Below are positions 30,321-39,118 of a stretch of DNA of 64,000 bases, one piece after another (the first letter of the stretch is position 1; every line of letters begins with the position of its first letter). Made by a program: the position numbers and the translations under genes. This stretch comes from a virus. Taxonomy: Duplodnaviria > Caudoviricetes. The notes beneath the pieces were generated by a model, which saw only the letters and a program-made list of their open reading frames with translations, did not search any database and was not told the DNA's origin. The stretch covers positions 1-64,000 of IMG/VR virus record IMGVR_UViG_3300036778_000017; one strand, given 5' to 3'.

Positions 30321-31390
30321 CAGTTGGGCTCACGCGCCCAGTGACTGAAGGTCTCAGACAGCTTGTACTTTCCGTCGCCATCGTCCTGATAGTACATGAA
30401 CTTGAAGTCCTGCCGACTCTCGTCGTACTCCTTCGAGTTCATCTCACGTATCAGCCTCGGGAAGTTATCGTCGATGCTCTCTGGAACGTGCTGCCTCTTG
30501 AGCGCCCAGCGATTGTCTTTTACGTACTCGTAGACATGCGCCAGTTCCCTCGGACAGTGGTGCGCCCCAACTATCGGCTCCAGCTGGTAGACACCAGATG
30601 CCCGCACCGTGTAGAACATGTCGGCCACTGCGCCGACCCTGATCTTCAGCGCGTCGTAGTACGGCTGGTCTATCACCCACGGAACGAGGCTCTCGTGCTG
30701 CTCGCCACCATCCGGCCCCCGTTCCTCTCCGATATCCCTCGCAACCGTGGCGTCGTCGATGACGTCGGCGGTAGGCGGGGGCTCGGCAGGTGGATAGAAC
30801 ATGGCGCGAACTCGAGCCTCGACCTCCTCTCGAGACAAGCCCTTGTCGTCGGCTATCATCTGATACACGTCGGTTTCTGGCTGGTTGTACGTGGACTCGT
30901 ATGTCCTGCTCTCAGGTTCTACGACGCCGCGTGATATCATCTCTGCCTCGACGAGAATGAGATATCTGCGAAGATCGCGACACACCGCCAGCACCGTCCC
31001 GTCCTCACCCTTGGGCTTCTCCTCGATCTTTGCGAAGATATCCTCGGACGTCAGGCGATCCCTGAGCAACTCCAGGATCATCATGGTCGCTTCGATGCTG
31101 CCCGGCAGATCTAACTTGATGCGCTGCCCGTAGTGAACGAAGTTGCGGAACGCGCCGATGGTGCAGTGAATGTTCTCCATCGTCTTGACGTGATCTGGAA
31201 ACTCCTTCGGAGCCATCATCACGAGCAACCGATCGATGTTGCGCTTGGCCATGAACCACGCGCTGCGACCGCCGCTCAGCTTCCAGCTTCCCTGATACGT
31301 CGCCTCCTTGTTCTCCAGCACGGCGCAGTCAGAGAGCGCCACGCTCTCGAGGAAGTTCATGTGGTCCATGTTATGTTCTTGTCGTGCCAT
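30320..31390 (-). CDS. Nucleotide-modification-associated protein (Nmad1/DUF1599-like, all-alpha NTP-pyrophosphatase-like N-terminus)
   Basis: KEATYQGSWKLSGGRSAWFMAKRNIDRL...DLRRYLILVEAEM; located in the base-modification cluster. Confidence 0.55.
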   Translation of the reverse strand: MARQEHNMDHMNFLESVALSDCAVLENKEATYQGSWKLSGGRSAWFMAKRNIDRLLVMMAPKEFPDHVKTMENIHCTIGAFRNFVHYGQRIKLDLPGSIEATMMILELLRDRLTSEDIFAKIEEKPKGEDGTVLAVCRDLRRYLILVEAEMISRGVVEPESRTYESTYNQPETDVYQMIADDKGLSREEVEARVRAMFYPPAEPPPTADVIDDATVARDIGEERGPDGGEQHESLVPWVIDQPYYDALKIRVGAVADMFYTVRASGVYQLEPIVGAHHCPRELAHVYEYVKDNRWALKRQHVPESIDDNFPRLIREMNSKEYDESRQDFKFMYYQDDGDGKYKLSETFSHWAREPN

Positions 31391-31946
31391 ACTCTGTCTC
31401 CATCTGGGTGCGTGTCTTCATGTAGCGGTGTATCGCCGGGATCAGTGACTCGTGATCCCGGTACTCCTTGGTGTCTCTCATGCCCTCTAGATCGATGAGA
31501 TTGGCAGACACGGCGTTCATCATGCGATCGATGATCGTGATGGCGTACTTGTTGCCCATGTTGTACTCGCGCCAGCCGTGCTCCCACATCTCGATGTTCT
31601 CGCATGCCTTGAACACGTGGCGCTCGAACTGTGAGAGTGGATGCTTCAGCTGAGGAACACCGATTCGCTCGTTCTGCAGCTTCTCCACGATGTTCTCGGC
31701 CTTCTGCATCGCAGGCCGGAGCTCGCCGATCATGATCTTGAACGGGTACGGTATGTCGCCGGCCATCTCGCCCATGTCGTGCTTCACCGTGTAGATCAGA
31801 ATGTGACGTGGCGCTGATGGCCACACCGTTAGAATGATGCGCAGGATCTGCCACGAGTGCTCGCCTACGGACTGCTGATTATGGACCGCCCACGTGTGAT
31901 AGCGCCGGATTTCTCCTGACGCCCTCGGGTCCTCCGTGAGGTTCAT
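31371..31946 (-). CDS. HD-domain 5'-deoxynucleotidase (YfbR-like)
   Basis: IRRYHT...QSVGEHS...KHDMGEMAGDIPYP; ATGA-coupled to the TS-like gene. Confidence 0.85.
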   Translation of the reverse strand: MNLTEDPRASGEIRRYHTWAVHNQQSVGEHSWQILRIILTVWPSAPRHILIYTVKHDMGEMAGDIPYPFKIMIGELRPAMQKAENIVEKLQNERIGVPQLKHPLSQFERHVFKACENIEMWEHGWREYNMGNKYAITIIDRMMNAVSANLIDLEGMRDTKEYRDHESLIPAIHRYMKTRTQMETEYGTTRT

Positions 31947-33010
31947 CGGGACCTCGGGTTCGTGCGATGCTCGAACCACTGGATGACAGCCTGTCGCCAG
32001 TCCTCGGCCTCGATCATGAACGCCATGTCGCGGGCGGAGTGGCGCATGGCAGACTTCCAGCGATTGTGCGCGATGAAGATCGGCTCCGCGGTATTGCGGA
32101 ACCATGAGTTCTTGTAGTCGTGCACCGTGGTCTCGACGCCCTCTGTCACGAGGTTCTTCTGCCACTCCATGAACTTCTTGAGATCAGCGTCGAAGAAGTC
32201 CCATTCCTTGGCCATGGGCAGCGCTCGGATCTTCAGGCCCTCGTAGGTGCTCAGTGTCGGCTCGGTCCCTACCTTCTCGAGCGTCTCCTCGTACGCGTGA
32301 TAATTCCAGGACATCTGGTACATCTTGCCGACCAGCACGCCAACCCGGCCTGCCATGTACTCCTGCAAGATGCTGAAGTGAACGGCGTTGGCACCATACG
32401 CCCCGAGCACGATATCGTTGCTCCTGCACGAGATGAACATGTCCAGGAATGGCAACGGTTCGTCAGCGAAGACCTCCTTCCGAACCCGGAAGTAGACGTG
32501 AGTATTGCACGGCCGATCCTTCCAGACGCCATTCAGGTCGTTGGCTCCGTACTGAATATCGCACTCGCCGACCCTGCATCCCTGCTCGCGGGCATCCCAC
32601 ATCTGCAGAACGCACTGTCTGTCATCGTCCCTGAAGCGGAGGCGCTGAACGATGTGCTCCAGCTGATCGAAGCCCAGCGCCTGTCGCCATCGATGACCAT
32701 ACGCGCCGTGAACGCGGCCGTCCTCCTCGGCGAACCGAGTACCGAAGTCCGTGATGTATCTGTTCAGGGCGCTCACGTCGTCGCGCCCCGACAGCATCCA
32801 TAGCGACTCGAACAGATGGAAGAACGGATTAGCCCCGCGCTTCTGGTCGAAGAGCACGCGCTGGGTCGGCTTGCGGTACACGCTTGTCACCGGCATCGAC
32901 ATCACGCGCACCGGGCCGTTTCTGCTCGTCTCCCTTCGTCCCTCCGCGCCCATCAGACGCATGCCGCGCCAGTATAGCTCGTTGACGTCCTCACCCTCAA
33001 TTACGTGCAC
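31943..33010 (-). CDS. Thymidylate-synthase-family enzyme, probable dUMP hydroxymethylase
   Basis: RNG, NPFFHLFESLWMLSG, AYGHRW, catalytic PCN, CRSNDIVLGAYGANAVHF with Asn at the dUMP-specificity position; YHAY. Confidence 0.85.
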   Translation of the reverse strand: MHVIEGEDVNELYWRGMRLMGAEGRRETSRNGPVRVMSMPVTSVYRKPTQRVLFDQKRGANPFFHLFESLWMLSGRDDVSALNRYITDFGTRFAEEDGRVHGAYGHRWRQALGFDQLEHIVQRLRFRDDDRQCVLQMWDAREQGCRVGECDIQYGANDLNGVWKDRPCNTHVYFRVRKEVFADEPLPFLDMFISCRSNDIVLGAYGANAVHFSILQEYMAGRVGVLVGKMYQMSWNYHAYEETLEKVGTEPTLSTYEGLKIRALPMAKEWDFFDADLKKFMEWQKNLVTEGVETTVHDYKNSWFRNTAEPIFIAHNRWKSAMRHSARDMAFMIEAEDWRQAVIQWFEHRTNPRSR

Positions 33011-33308
33011 TTGGTCCTCCTTCCTTGCTCTCCTGAATGATCTGATGCAGCGCTGCCGGAGTGGTCCGCGACATCTTGTCAATGTGCTTCGCGACCGCGT
33101 TGATGGTCTTGGTCTCCTGAAGATACAGCGTCTCATCGTAGGACAGCACTGTCACGTGCACCAGCCTCGCGACGATCTGCTCGACCGCGAATGCTATCAT
33201 CTCCGGACACAGCCCCTCGAAGGTGTCGATCGCGTCGCATACCACCTGCTCAGCGTAGTCTTTTATGACCTGCTGCTTCTCAATGTCATCGATACATCTA
33301 CACAGCAT
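32997..33308 (-). CDS. Hypothetical protein
   Basis: ORF tiled within the cluster. Confidence 0.45.
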   Translation of the reverse strand: MLCRCIDDIEKQQVIKDYAEQVVCDAIDTFEGLCPEMIAFAVEQIVARLVHVTVLSYDETLYLQETKTINAVAKHIDKMSRTTPAALHQIIQESKEGGPSARN

Positions 33309-33756
33309 TGTAGAGCTCCTCTAGGAGCGCTGCCACCAGCGCTCTGTTGTTCTCGTCATTGTACCAGAAATTCCTGCCGCTCGGATGCGGGATCTGCCGC
33401 CACGTCGAGCCCCCGATCACCTGCGGATGGAGCAGGAGGCGGGGGTGGCCGAACGCGGCGACTGTGTCAGCGCCGAGGAGGACGATGACACGACCACTTC
33501 CGAAGAACTCGCTGTACAGTCTGTCGGCTCCCTCACGAGCCATCTTCTTGTTGAAGATCCTTGCGTTCATGACGTTGCGCCTGTCGAAGCGATCGAGATA
33601 CTGCTGACGGCGCACGTCAGGCACTCTCGTCTCGAGCATCTTGAACAGGCGATGTCCAGTGCATCCCTCAGGCGCTGGGAACAGAGCATACTTGGGGTCG
33701 TCGTGAAGAGGATTGTTCATCCCGATCAGGACCGGTCTCTTGTCTACTTTCTTCAT
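33298..33756 (-). CDS. Uracil-DNA glycosylase superfamily protein
   Basis: VLIGMNNP (motif A-like), VIVLLG, IPHPSGRNFWYN (motif B). Confidence 0.65.
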   Translation of the reverse strand: MKKVDKRPVLIGMNNPLHDDPKYALFPAPEGCTGHRLFKMLETRVPDVRRQQYLDRFDRRNVMNARIFNKKMAREGADRLYSEFFGSGRVIVLLGADTVAAFGHPRLLLHPQVIGGSTWRQIPHPSGRNFWYNDENNRALVAALLEELYNAV

Positions 33757-33819
33757 GCTCTTATTCTCGCCTGCCTCGTGTTCCGGTACAAGCAACCCCT
33801 GCGGGGCTGTGCATAACTT

Positions 33820-34769
33820 TTACTTGAGACCCATGAAGATCAGGTTGTCAACGGCTACGCGTCTCTTGTCGTGCTTCAGGCCGAGGTCGTCCATTGCCTT
33901 GAAAAGCCTGATGGTCACGCGCCACGCCTGCTCGACCATCATCTGCTGTTGTGTGTCCTGAGGCTCCATGGAGTATTGAATGGCCATCTCCCTCGCGATG
34001 GCTGGATCGAGCTCCTGTCTCACGACATTGCGATGCCAGTTCTCCAGCTGCGCTGCCAGAATGATTATGTTCATGTGATGCGCGATCGGTGGAAGGTCTG
34101 CAATCTTGATGCTAGTCATCTCAACAACTCCACGAGGCGTTCCATGTGATCAGCGGCGATCCTCGTTTTCTCGGCCGCGTACTGTATCCTCTTCATGCTC
34201 ATCTTTCGCGTGGCCAGCATGGTCACCAGCTGGAAGCCAGCCTCGCTGTGGACCTTGTGCGCGAGCACGAGCTCCTTCTCAATGTCTACTGGCGAACTCG
34301 CGGAGGAAGGATTTGTCTTCTTCCGAGAGGTCTTCTCTGTCGACTGCTCGAGCGACAAGCGCATCTGCCGCTCCGTCACCGTGGACGCGGTCGTAGAAGC
34401 GCTTTGCTTTTTCGACGCGACGCCTCTCGTGACGGTTCGTGCTCGTGACGTCCCTCCACGTGGTGTCTTCGCCTTGCTGGCCACGGTTGATCTTCTCCAG
34501 TTGTCTCTTGGCATTGACCCTGCGACGCTCCTTGTCGCTGAGCGTTGAGTAGCTCATCTGATAGAGACCTCCATTCCATTCACGATCATGATCTTTTCTC
34601 CAGAACCTCTCATGACGAACGCCTCGAATGTCTTGAGCTCCCACTGGAGCGCACCCTCGACGGCGTGCCGCTTCCCATCCTTGGTCTCGATCACTAGTCG
34701 CACGTCCTCAGACTGTCCGTTGGCGATCAGCCAGACCCTGAGTGCCTCCACTATCATGGAGAAATTCAT
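33820..34769 (-). other. Hypothetical genes 33820-34119, 34116-34514, 34554-34769
   Basis: Tiled ORFs. Confidence 0.5.
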
Positions 34770-35011
34770 GACGTCCTCCACGGCAGGCTCTGGTCGAATG
34801 CCTTGCTGAAGTGTCGTATCCTGCAGACCTGGAAGTGCCTCTCTGCCTGTCGATCGAGACACCAGCCCACGATGTACCACTGCGAGCCATCGTGAGGATA
34901 ATACTTGCTCTCGAGAAACCGAATGCCGGTAGGCACCACGCGCCGTTCCTCGTCATATCCCTCGTGATTGACATAGTCGAATGTCACGACTTTCCCGTCC
35001 CAGACGCTCAT
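34766..35011 (-). CDS. Stand-alone WYL-domain protein
   Basis: VTFDYVNHEG...RRVVPTGIRF...QWYIVGWCLDRQAERHFQVCRI. Confidence 0.75.
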   Translation of the reverse strand: MSVWDGKVVTFDYVNHEGYDEERRVVPTGIRFLESKYYPHDGSQWYIVGWCLDRQAERHFQVCRIRHFSKAFDQSLPWRTS

Positions 35012-35348
35012 GTGTCGTCACCTCCTCTACACTCCTTGCAGATCCAGGCAGCCGTGCCCATCTGTGTCGTGTACATGTGACACGAGCGCCATCGACGACA
35101 GCACTCGCACTCGATCTCGATCGGAGCCTTCGTGAGCCTGCTCATCGCGGCATCTCCATCACGAAGTAGACGTCGTCTGGCCGCTCAGCGATGGCTGTCT
35201 TCATGGCAGCTGACGCCTCCTTGGCCGTGGCGTGAGCCGATAGGAAGCGTGCCAGCACCACCCGGAACGGGAACTCCTTGTCCGGTCTGCGTTGCGTGGC
35301 AGCTACCTTCTTCGCAACGGCCTTCTTGTTCACCTTGGGCTTCTTCAT
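35008..35348 (-). other. Two small genes: 35008-35145 (CxCC...CxxC, not in track) and 35142-35348 (Lys-rich)
   Basis: ATGA/TGATG-coupled; MSRLTKAPIEIECECCRRW...WICKECRGG. Confidence 0.55.
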
Positions 35349-35944
35349 CACTTCCTCCCCAGAAGCAGAATGTGCCAGTTGCCGCCGCGAAACAGGACCG
35401 TCTCCTCGACGTCCCATCCCAGCTGCCTGATCAGGGCCAAGAACGGACGCTTGGCGTGCTCCGACGTGTTCGACTTCGGCAGGTACTTCTCGCCGAAGCG
35501 AATGGTGCACACGATGTTCTTCTTGGCGACGCGGCAGATCTCCTTTACCGTGGCACGCATGCCGTCCTGATCGATCAGGTCCAGAAAGCGCACGCAGATC
35601 ACCATGTCTGCCGACTTGTCCTTCACCTCTAGGTTCGTGGCAGATCCCTGCTCCAGCTGAATGTGCTTCGCCTTGGCCCCGCGAAGTTTCTTCTTGGCGA
35701 GGTCGAGCATCGCCTCGCTGATATCGATGCCGAGCACCGTGCACGATGCCTTCGCATAGTCCTCGAAGAACCGGCCGGTTCCCACTGGAACGTCCAGGAC
35801 TGTCCTTGGTTTCAGCTCCGCGATCCACGCTCCAACCGTCTCGTTCTCGAGGTTCCAGCGCGCCTGCTTCTTGCGAATGTCCTCGTACGTCTCGGCCTTG
35901 CGGCCGCGATACTTCTTGCTCGTCTGCTGCAGACTGACCATCAC
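35348..35944 (-). CDS. Class I SAM-dependent methyltransferase
   Basis: VLDVPVGTGRF, GIDISEAML, ADMVICVRFL; coupled to the kinase gene. Confidence 0.85.
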   Translation of the reverse strand: MMVSLQQTSKKYRGRKAETYEDIRKKQARWNLENETVGAWIAELKPRTVLDVPVGTGRFFEDYAKASCTVLGIDISEAMLDLAKKKLRGAKAKHIQLEQGSATNLEVKDKSADMVICVRFLDLIDQDGMRATVKEICRVAKKNIVCTIRFGEKYLPKSNTSEHAKRPFLALIRQLGWDVEETVLFRGGNWHILLLGRK

Positions 35945-36486
35945 TCATCTCCATCGTGCGGCCCGAGCCACCGCCTGATCACCTCGAAGCAGGCGTCTCG
36001 GTCGCCCACCACTGTCTCGCAGTGAAAGTTCACCGCGTCTCGGTGAACCTTGTCGTACGTCTTCTTGATCGACTTCTCGGCGATCCTGTGCCCACGCTTG
36101 CGCACGTCTCTGAGGCACGTGGCCACGTCCGTGTTGAGCACGACGACGCGAACTTCGAACTTCTCAGCCACGAGCTCGTTGACACGAGCCACGCCATCGC
36201 TCATGTTCTTCCCCTCCATGATGACGTCGTGGCCAGACCGAGCCGCCCAGCGCGCGATCTCGTATGCCTCGTCAAGCGACTTCAGCGTGTCGATGCCCCC
36301 GTTCGCAATCTGGTAGTGACCGGGGGTCACGAGACACTTCCCAGCGACGGTTCGGCCGTGCAGCGTGTACAGCGGCTTGACGCGAGGCGGAGCCATGAGA
36401 TCGCGATGCTTCGTGTAGAGCGCCACGACGCGTCGCACCAGATGGCTCTTGCCGGAGCCAGATGTTCCCCTGACTGATATGATCAT
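35941..36486 (-). CDS. P-loop kinase (5-hmdU DNA kinase / nucleotide kinase-like)
   Basis: IISVRGTSGSGKS Walker A, GGIDT, VIMEG, CLRDVRKRG lid. Confidence 0.8.
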   Translation of the reverse strand: MIISVRGTSGSGKSHLVRRVVALYTKHRDLMAPPRVKPLYTLHGRTVAGKCLVTPGHYQIANGGIDTLKSLDEAYEIARWAARSGHDVIMEGKNMSDGVARVNELVAEKFEVRVVVLNTDVATCLRDVRKRGHRIAEKSIKKTYDKVHRDAVNFHCETVVGDRDACFEVIRRWLGPHDGDE

Positions 36487-37478
36487 AGCCCTGCCGCCAG
36501 CCTCGCCTTGTCCAGTTGGTCCACGAGGCGAATGTAGAAGTCGCCACGGTTCCACTCGCGACGCTGCTCCCTGCCGATGTCCTCGCGATTGGCCATGAAG
36601 CGCTTCACGTCGATTGCCTTGCTGACCACGTACGGATCGGGATTGAACCCGGCCTTGCGAAGCATGCTGCCCGACTCTGGCTGGAACACCATCGGCAGTC
36701 CCGCGCTCAGCATCTCGTAGAACCGATTGGCCGGCGAGTGGAACTCCTCGCTGGACTTGCGGTCCTCGATGTACAGGCCGAGGCCAAACGAGCCGAGCGC
36801 ACCGTAGAAGTTCTCGCCGATGGCTCCCATGTGCCGACACAGCGGATACTTCTTGGCGAACTTGTCTACCGGACTACTGATCACAGTCTCGACCGCAGGG
36901 CGAGTGAAGTAGCGATCGAACAGCGGCACGCGACTAGACTTGCCGCTCCCGTCGCGGAACGAGCCGTAGTACAGAAGCGTGTCCTTGGCATCGGCGCGCC
37001 GCTTCTTGATCTTGCTCTCGCTGTACTGCTGGTCGAACGTCAGCATGTTCCAGTTGACGTAGTGACTGCCGGGCAGCGTGTACCACTTCTCGCACGTGCT
37101 CCAGAAGATCGTGCGCTCCTTCCCCTCCTTCTTTCGCGTGACGAACGCCTTGCGGAATGGTGACTCGGCACCAGCATCGTCCTTCGGCGGGATGATGGTG
37201 TAGTCGTTCTGGACCCACACCACGCGCTTCGCACCGAGGATCGCTCGAGACAGAGGCTCAAGAACCTTGCTGAACCCATACGCGCCGTTCACTATGATCA
37301 GCACGTCTAGGTTCGTCATGTCGCCGATCTCAGCACCGCACACCAGCGGAATGTCAGACATGGTCATGTCGCCGAGTGTCTTCTGCAGCCAGCGCGCTAT
37401 TCGCACGCTCGCGACCATGCTGTTCTCGCTGATGCGCACGAAACTGAACATCGCGATTTTCTTCTTTCTACCCGCCAA
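36483..37478 (-). CDS. GT-B glycosyltransferase resembling T4 DNA beta-glucosyltransferase
   Basis: LLYYGSFRDG (compare T4 BGT LIYGGSFRSG) and GLYIEDR...ANRFYEMLSAGLPMVF (compare LIIGDK...LRVWETMAS); comparison from memory. Confidence 0.65.
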   Translation of the reverse strand: MAGRKKKIAMFSFVRISENSMVASVRIARWLQKTLGDMTMSDIPLVCGAEIGDMTNLDVLIIVNGAYGFSKVLEPLSRAILGAKRVVWVQNDYTIIPPKDDAGAESPFRKAFVTRKKEGKERTIFWSTCEKWYTLPGSHYVNWNMLTFDQQYSESKIKKRRADAKDTLLYYGSFRDGSGKSSRVPLFDRYFTRPAVETVISSPVDKFAKKYPLCRHMGAIGENFYGALGSFGLGLYIEDRKSSEEFHSPANRFYEMLSAGLPMVFQPESGSMLRKAGFNPDPYVVSKAIDVKRFMANREDIGREQRREWNRGDFYIRLVDQLDKARLAAGL

Positions 37479-37487
37479 TTCTTCCTC

Positions 37488-37888
37488 CTACCCGCTGAGT
37501 GTTTCAGTTGCCGCCCCGACGTACTGTTCCCAGCTGTCGTCAGGTATCTTGAGAATGATGACCCTGAGCCAAGTCCAGTGCAACATCTCGACTGGATTGA
37601 TCAGCTTGTTCTTGTGATCATCAATCAACTTCAGTGCTTCTTCCTTTGTCATCTCTTGAATTCCCACGTACAGGTCGCCTTGTCGCCCGGGCGAACGTCA
37701 GGCTTGTTGTCACAGCGCACGGCGGTTCGGCTGTCCACGAACGTGATCCACCAGCCGTCCGATACCTCCCTAGTGCTGGCGTCCGGCCCCGTGCCTCCGG
37801 CCCACTCAGTCCGGAAGCGCTCGACGACGTCCTTCACCGTGCAGACCTGCACGTACTGCGTGATCTTCTCGCTCACTACCTCAGGCAC
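37488..37888 (-). other. Two small genes: 37488-37652 (not in track, AT-richer) and 37649-37888
   Basis: MTKEEALKLIDDHKNKL...; ATGA overlap. Confidence 0.55.
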
Positions 37889-38825
37889 GATACACTCCTC
37901 TTGGCTTGCCCTCCTTCAGGCGAACACGCTCGTACTTGTCGAACTCACAGAGCGTGTGCTCCACGTCACGCATCTCCCAGTCCGGCCACTCCTTCTTCGT
38001 CATGCCCATGGCCACGCGCATCCGGCTCCAGTGCTCGGCTCTGGAGCTCTCGTCCAGGATCACTACCATGTACTTCAGCATCTCGTCGCGTCCGCTGAAC
38101 TTCGCGGTCTTGTCGCGGCCCATCACGCGGTTCAGCCCCCGCTTGCACCCGGGACCGGGGGATGCCCACGTGTCGATGTCGTTCGCCTTGTTGAGCAGGA
38201 ATGTGTGACGCAGGTCAGTCACGATCTCGTACGAGTGGAAGTTGCCGAAGTATGGCTGCTCGCGCAGCCACTCCCAAGCCCCCTCGAGACTGTACTCGTT
38301 TCTTCGTGGATTGTCGTTCAGCCAGTGCCGCCAGTCGCTCTTCCTCCAGAAGTTCTGCAGGACCCAGAGCACGCCGTCCAGCTTCGTCATGCCAGCCGGC
38401 GAGGAGATGATGTAGGCACCAGTCACGTACGGACCGCGCGGCGTTCTGCTCACCAGCGCGCGCTTCAGCGGCCTGACGTCGCCCCTCGCAGCGAACTCCT
38501 CGAAGGCGCCGAAACCCTTCTTGAGATCATTGTCCTGGAACATCGCAACGCCACTCTCGATCCTGTTCAGCATGCGAAACACGACGGTCGCGAGCAGAAC
38601 GCGCTCGTCCTTGTTCCTGTGCAGCGGCCCGCGAACGTTGTCTGCGAACCACTTGGTTGTCTTGTCCAGCTCCCGGAAGACGTTGGTGAACCGGAAGCGG
38701 TAAAGGATAGGATCATCAGTCTCCCACTGCGGTCGCAGTCGCTTGTAGAGATAGATCTGGTGACGGGCCTGCGCGTAGTTGAAGAAGCGACGCAGGCCCT
38801 CTCTCGGCAGCTTGATCTCCTTCAC
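37881..38825 (-). CDS. aG/PT-PPlase clade 1 / 5-hmdU DNA kinase helical-domain protein
   Basis: FFNYAQARHQIY...TDDPILYRFRFTNVFRELDKTT...FRMLNR...YEIVTDLRH...PGPGCKRGL...EHTLCEFDKY. Confidence 0.85.
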   Translation of the reverse strand: MKEIKLPREGLRRFFNYAQARHQIYLYKRLRPQWETDDPILYRFRFTNVFRELDKTTKWFADNVRGPLHRNKDERVLLATVVFRMLNRIESGVAMFQDNDLKKGFGAFEEFAARGDVRPLKRALVSRTPRGPYVTGAYIISSPAGMTKLDGVLWVLQNFWRKSDWRHWLNDNPRRNEYSLEGAWEWLREQPYFGNFHSYEIVTDLRHTFLLNKANDIDTWASPGPGCKRGLNRVMGRDKTAKFSGRDEMLKYMVVILDESSRAEHWSRMRVAMGMTKKEWPDWEMRDVEHTLCEFDKYERVRLKEGKPRGVYRA

Positions 38826-39118
38826 TTCTTCCTCCACGCACCGAGGTTCTGCCGACGCCACTCCTGCGCCCGACTGGCCATGTCCCGAGCCTGATCGACC
38901 TGCGGCCTGTCAGTCAGTGGTCTCTCGCCCACGAGGATCTGGTACTCGCGGAAGTCTGCCCACTCCATCACGATCCTGTGGAACATTGGATCTCGACCGA
39001 GCAGCGTGAAGCGCGGCTCACCGGGCAGTGCCCGGTGATAACAGTCGTTGGGATCGATCTTCGCGGACATGATGTCCTCCTCCAGTTCGAGTTGAGCGAG
39101 TGGGTCATTTGGCATCAT
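38822..39118 (-). CDS. Conserved hypothetical phage protein
   Basis: CYHRALPGEPRFTLLGRDP motif; coupled to both neighbours. Confidence 0.6.
   Translation of the reverse strand: MMPNDPLAQLELEEDIMSAKIDPNDCYHRALPGEPRFTLLGRDPMFHRIVMEWADFREYQILVGERPLTDRPQVDQARDMASRAQEWRRQNLGAWRKK

Noticed and set aside
31371-31946. HD protein as DatZ of a 2-aminoadenine (Z) genome, or a 7-deazaguanine pathway
   Set aside because: No PurZ-like, DpdA-like or QueC/D/E-like genes were recognised in the window.
31943-33010. Reading the TS-like gene as a dCMP hydroxymethylase (T4-like glucosyl-hmC) because a BGT-like gene is nearby
   Set aside because: It has Asn rather than Asp at the specificity position (GAYGANAVHF) and sits with hmU-associated kinase and helical-domain genes. 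A plain thymidylate synthase is not fully excluded.
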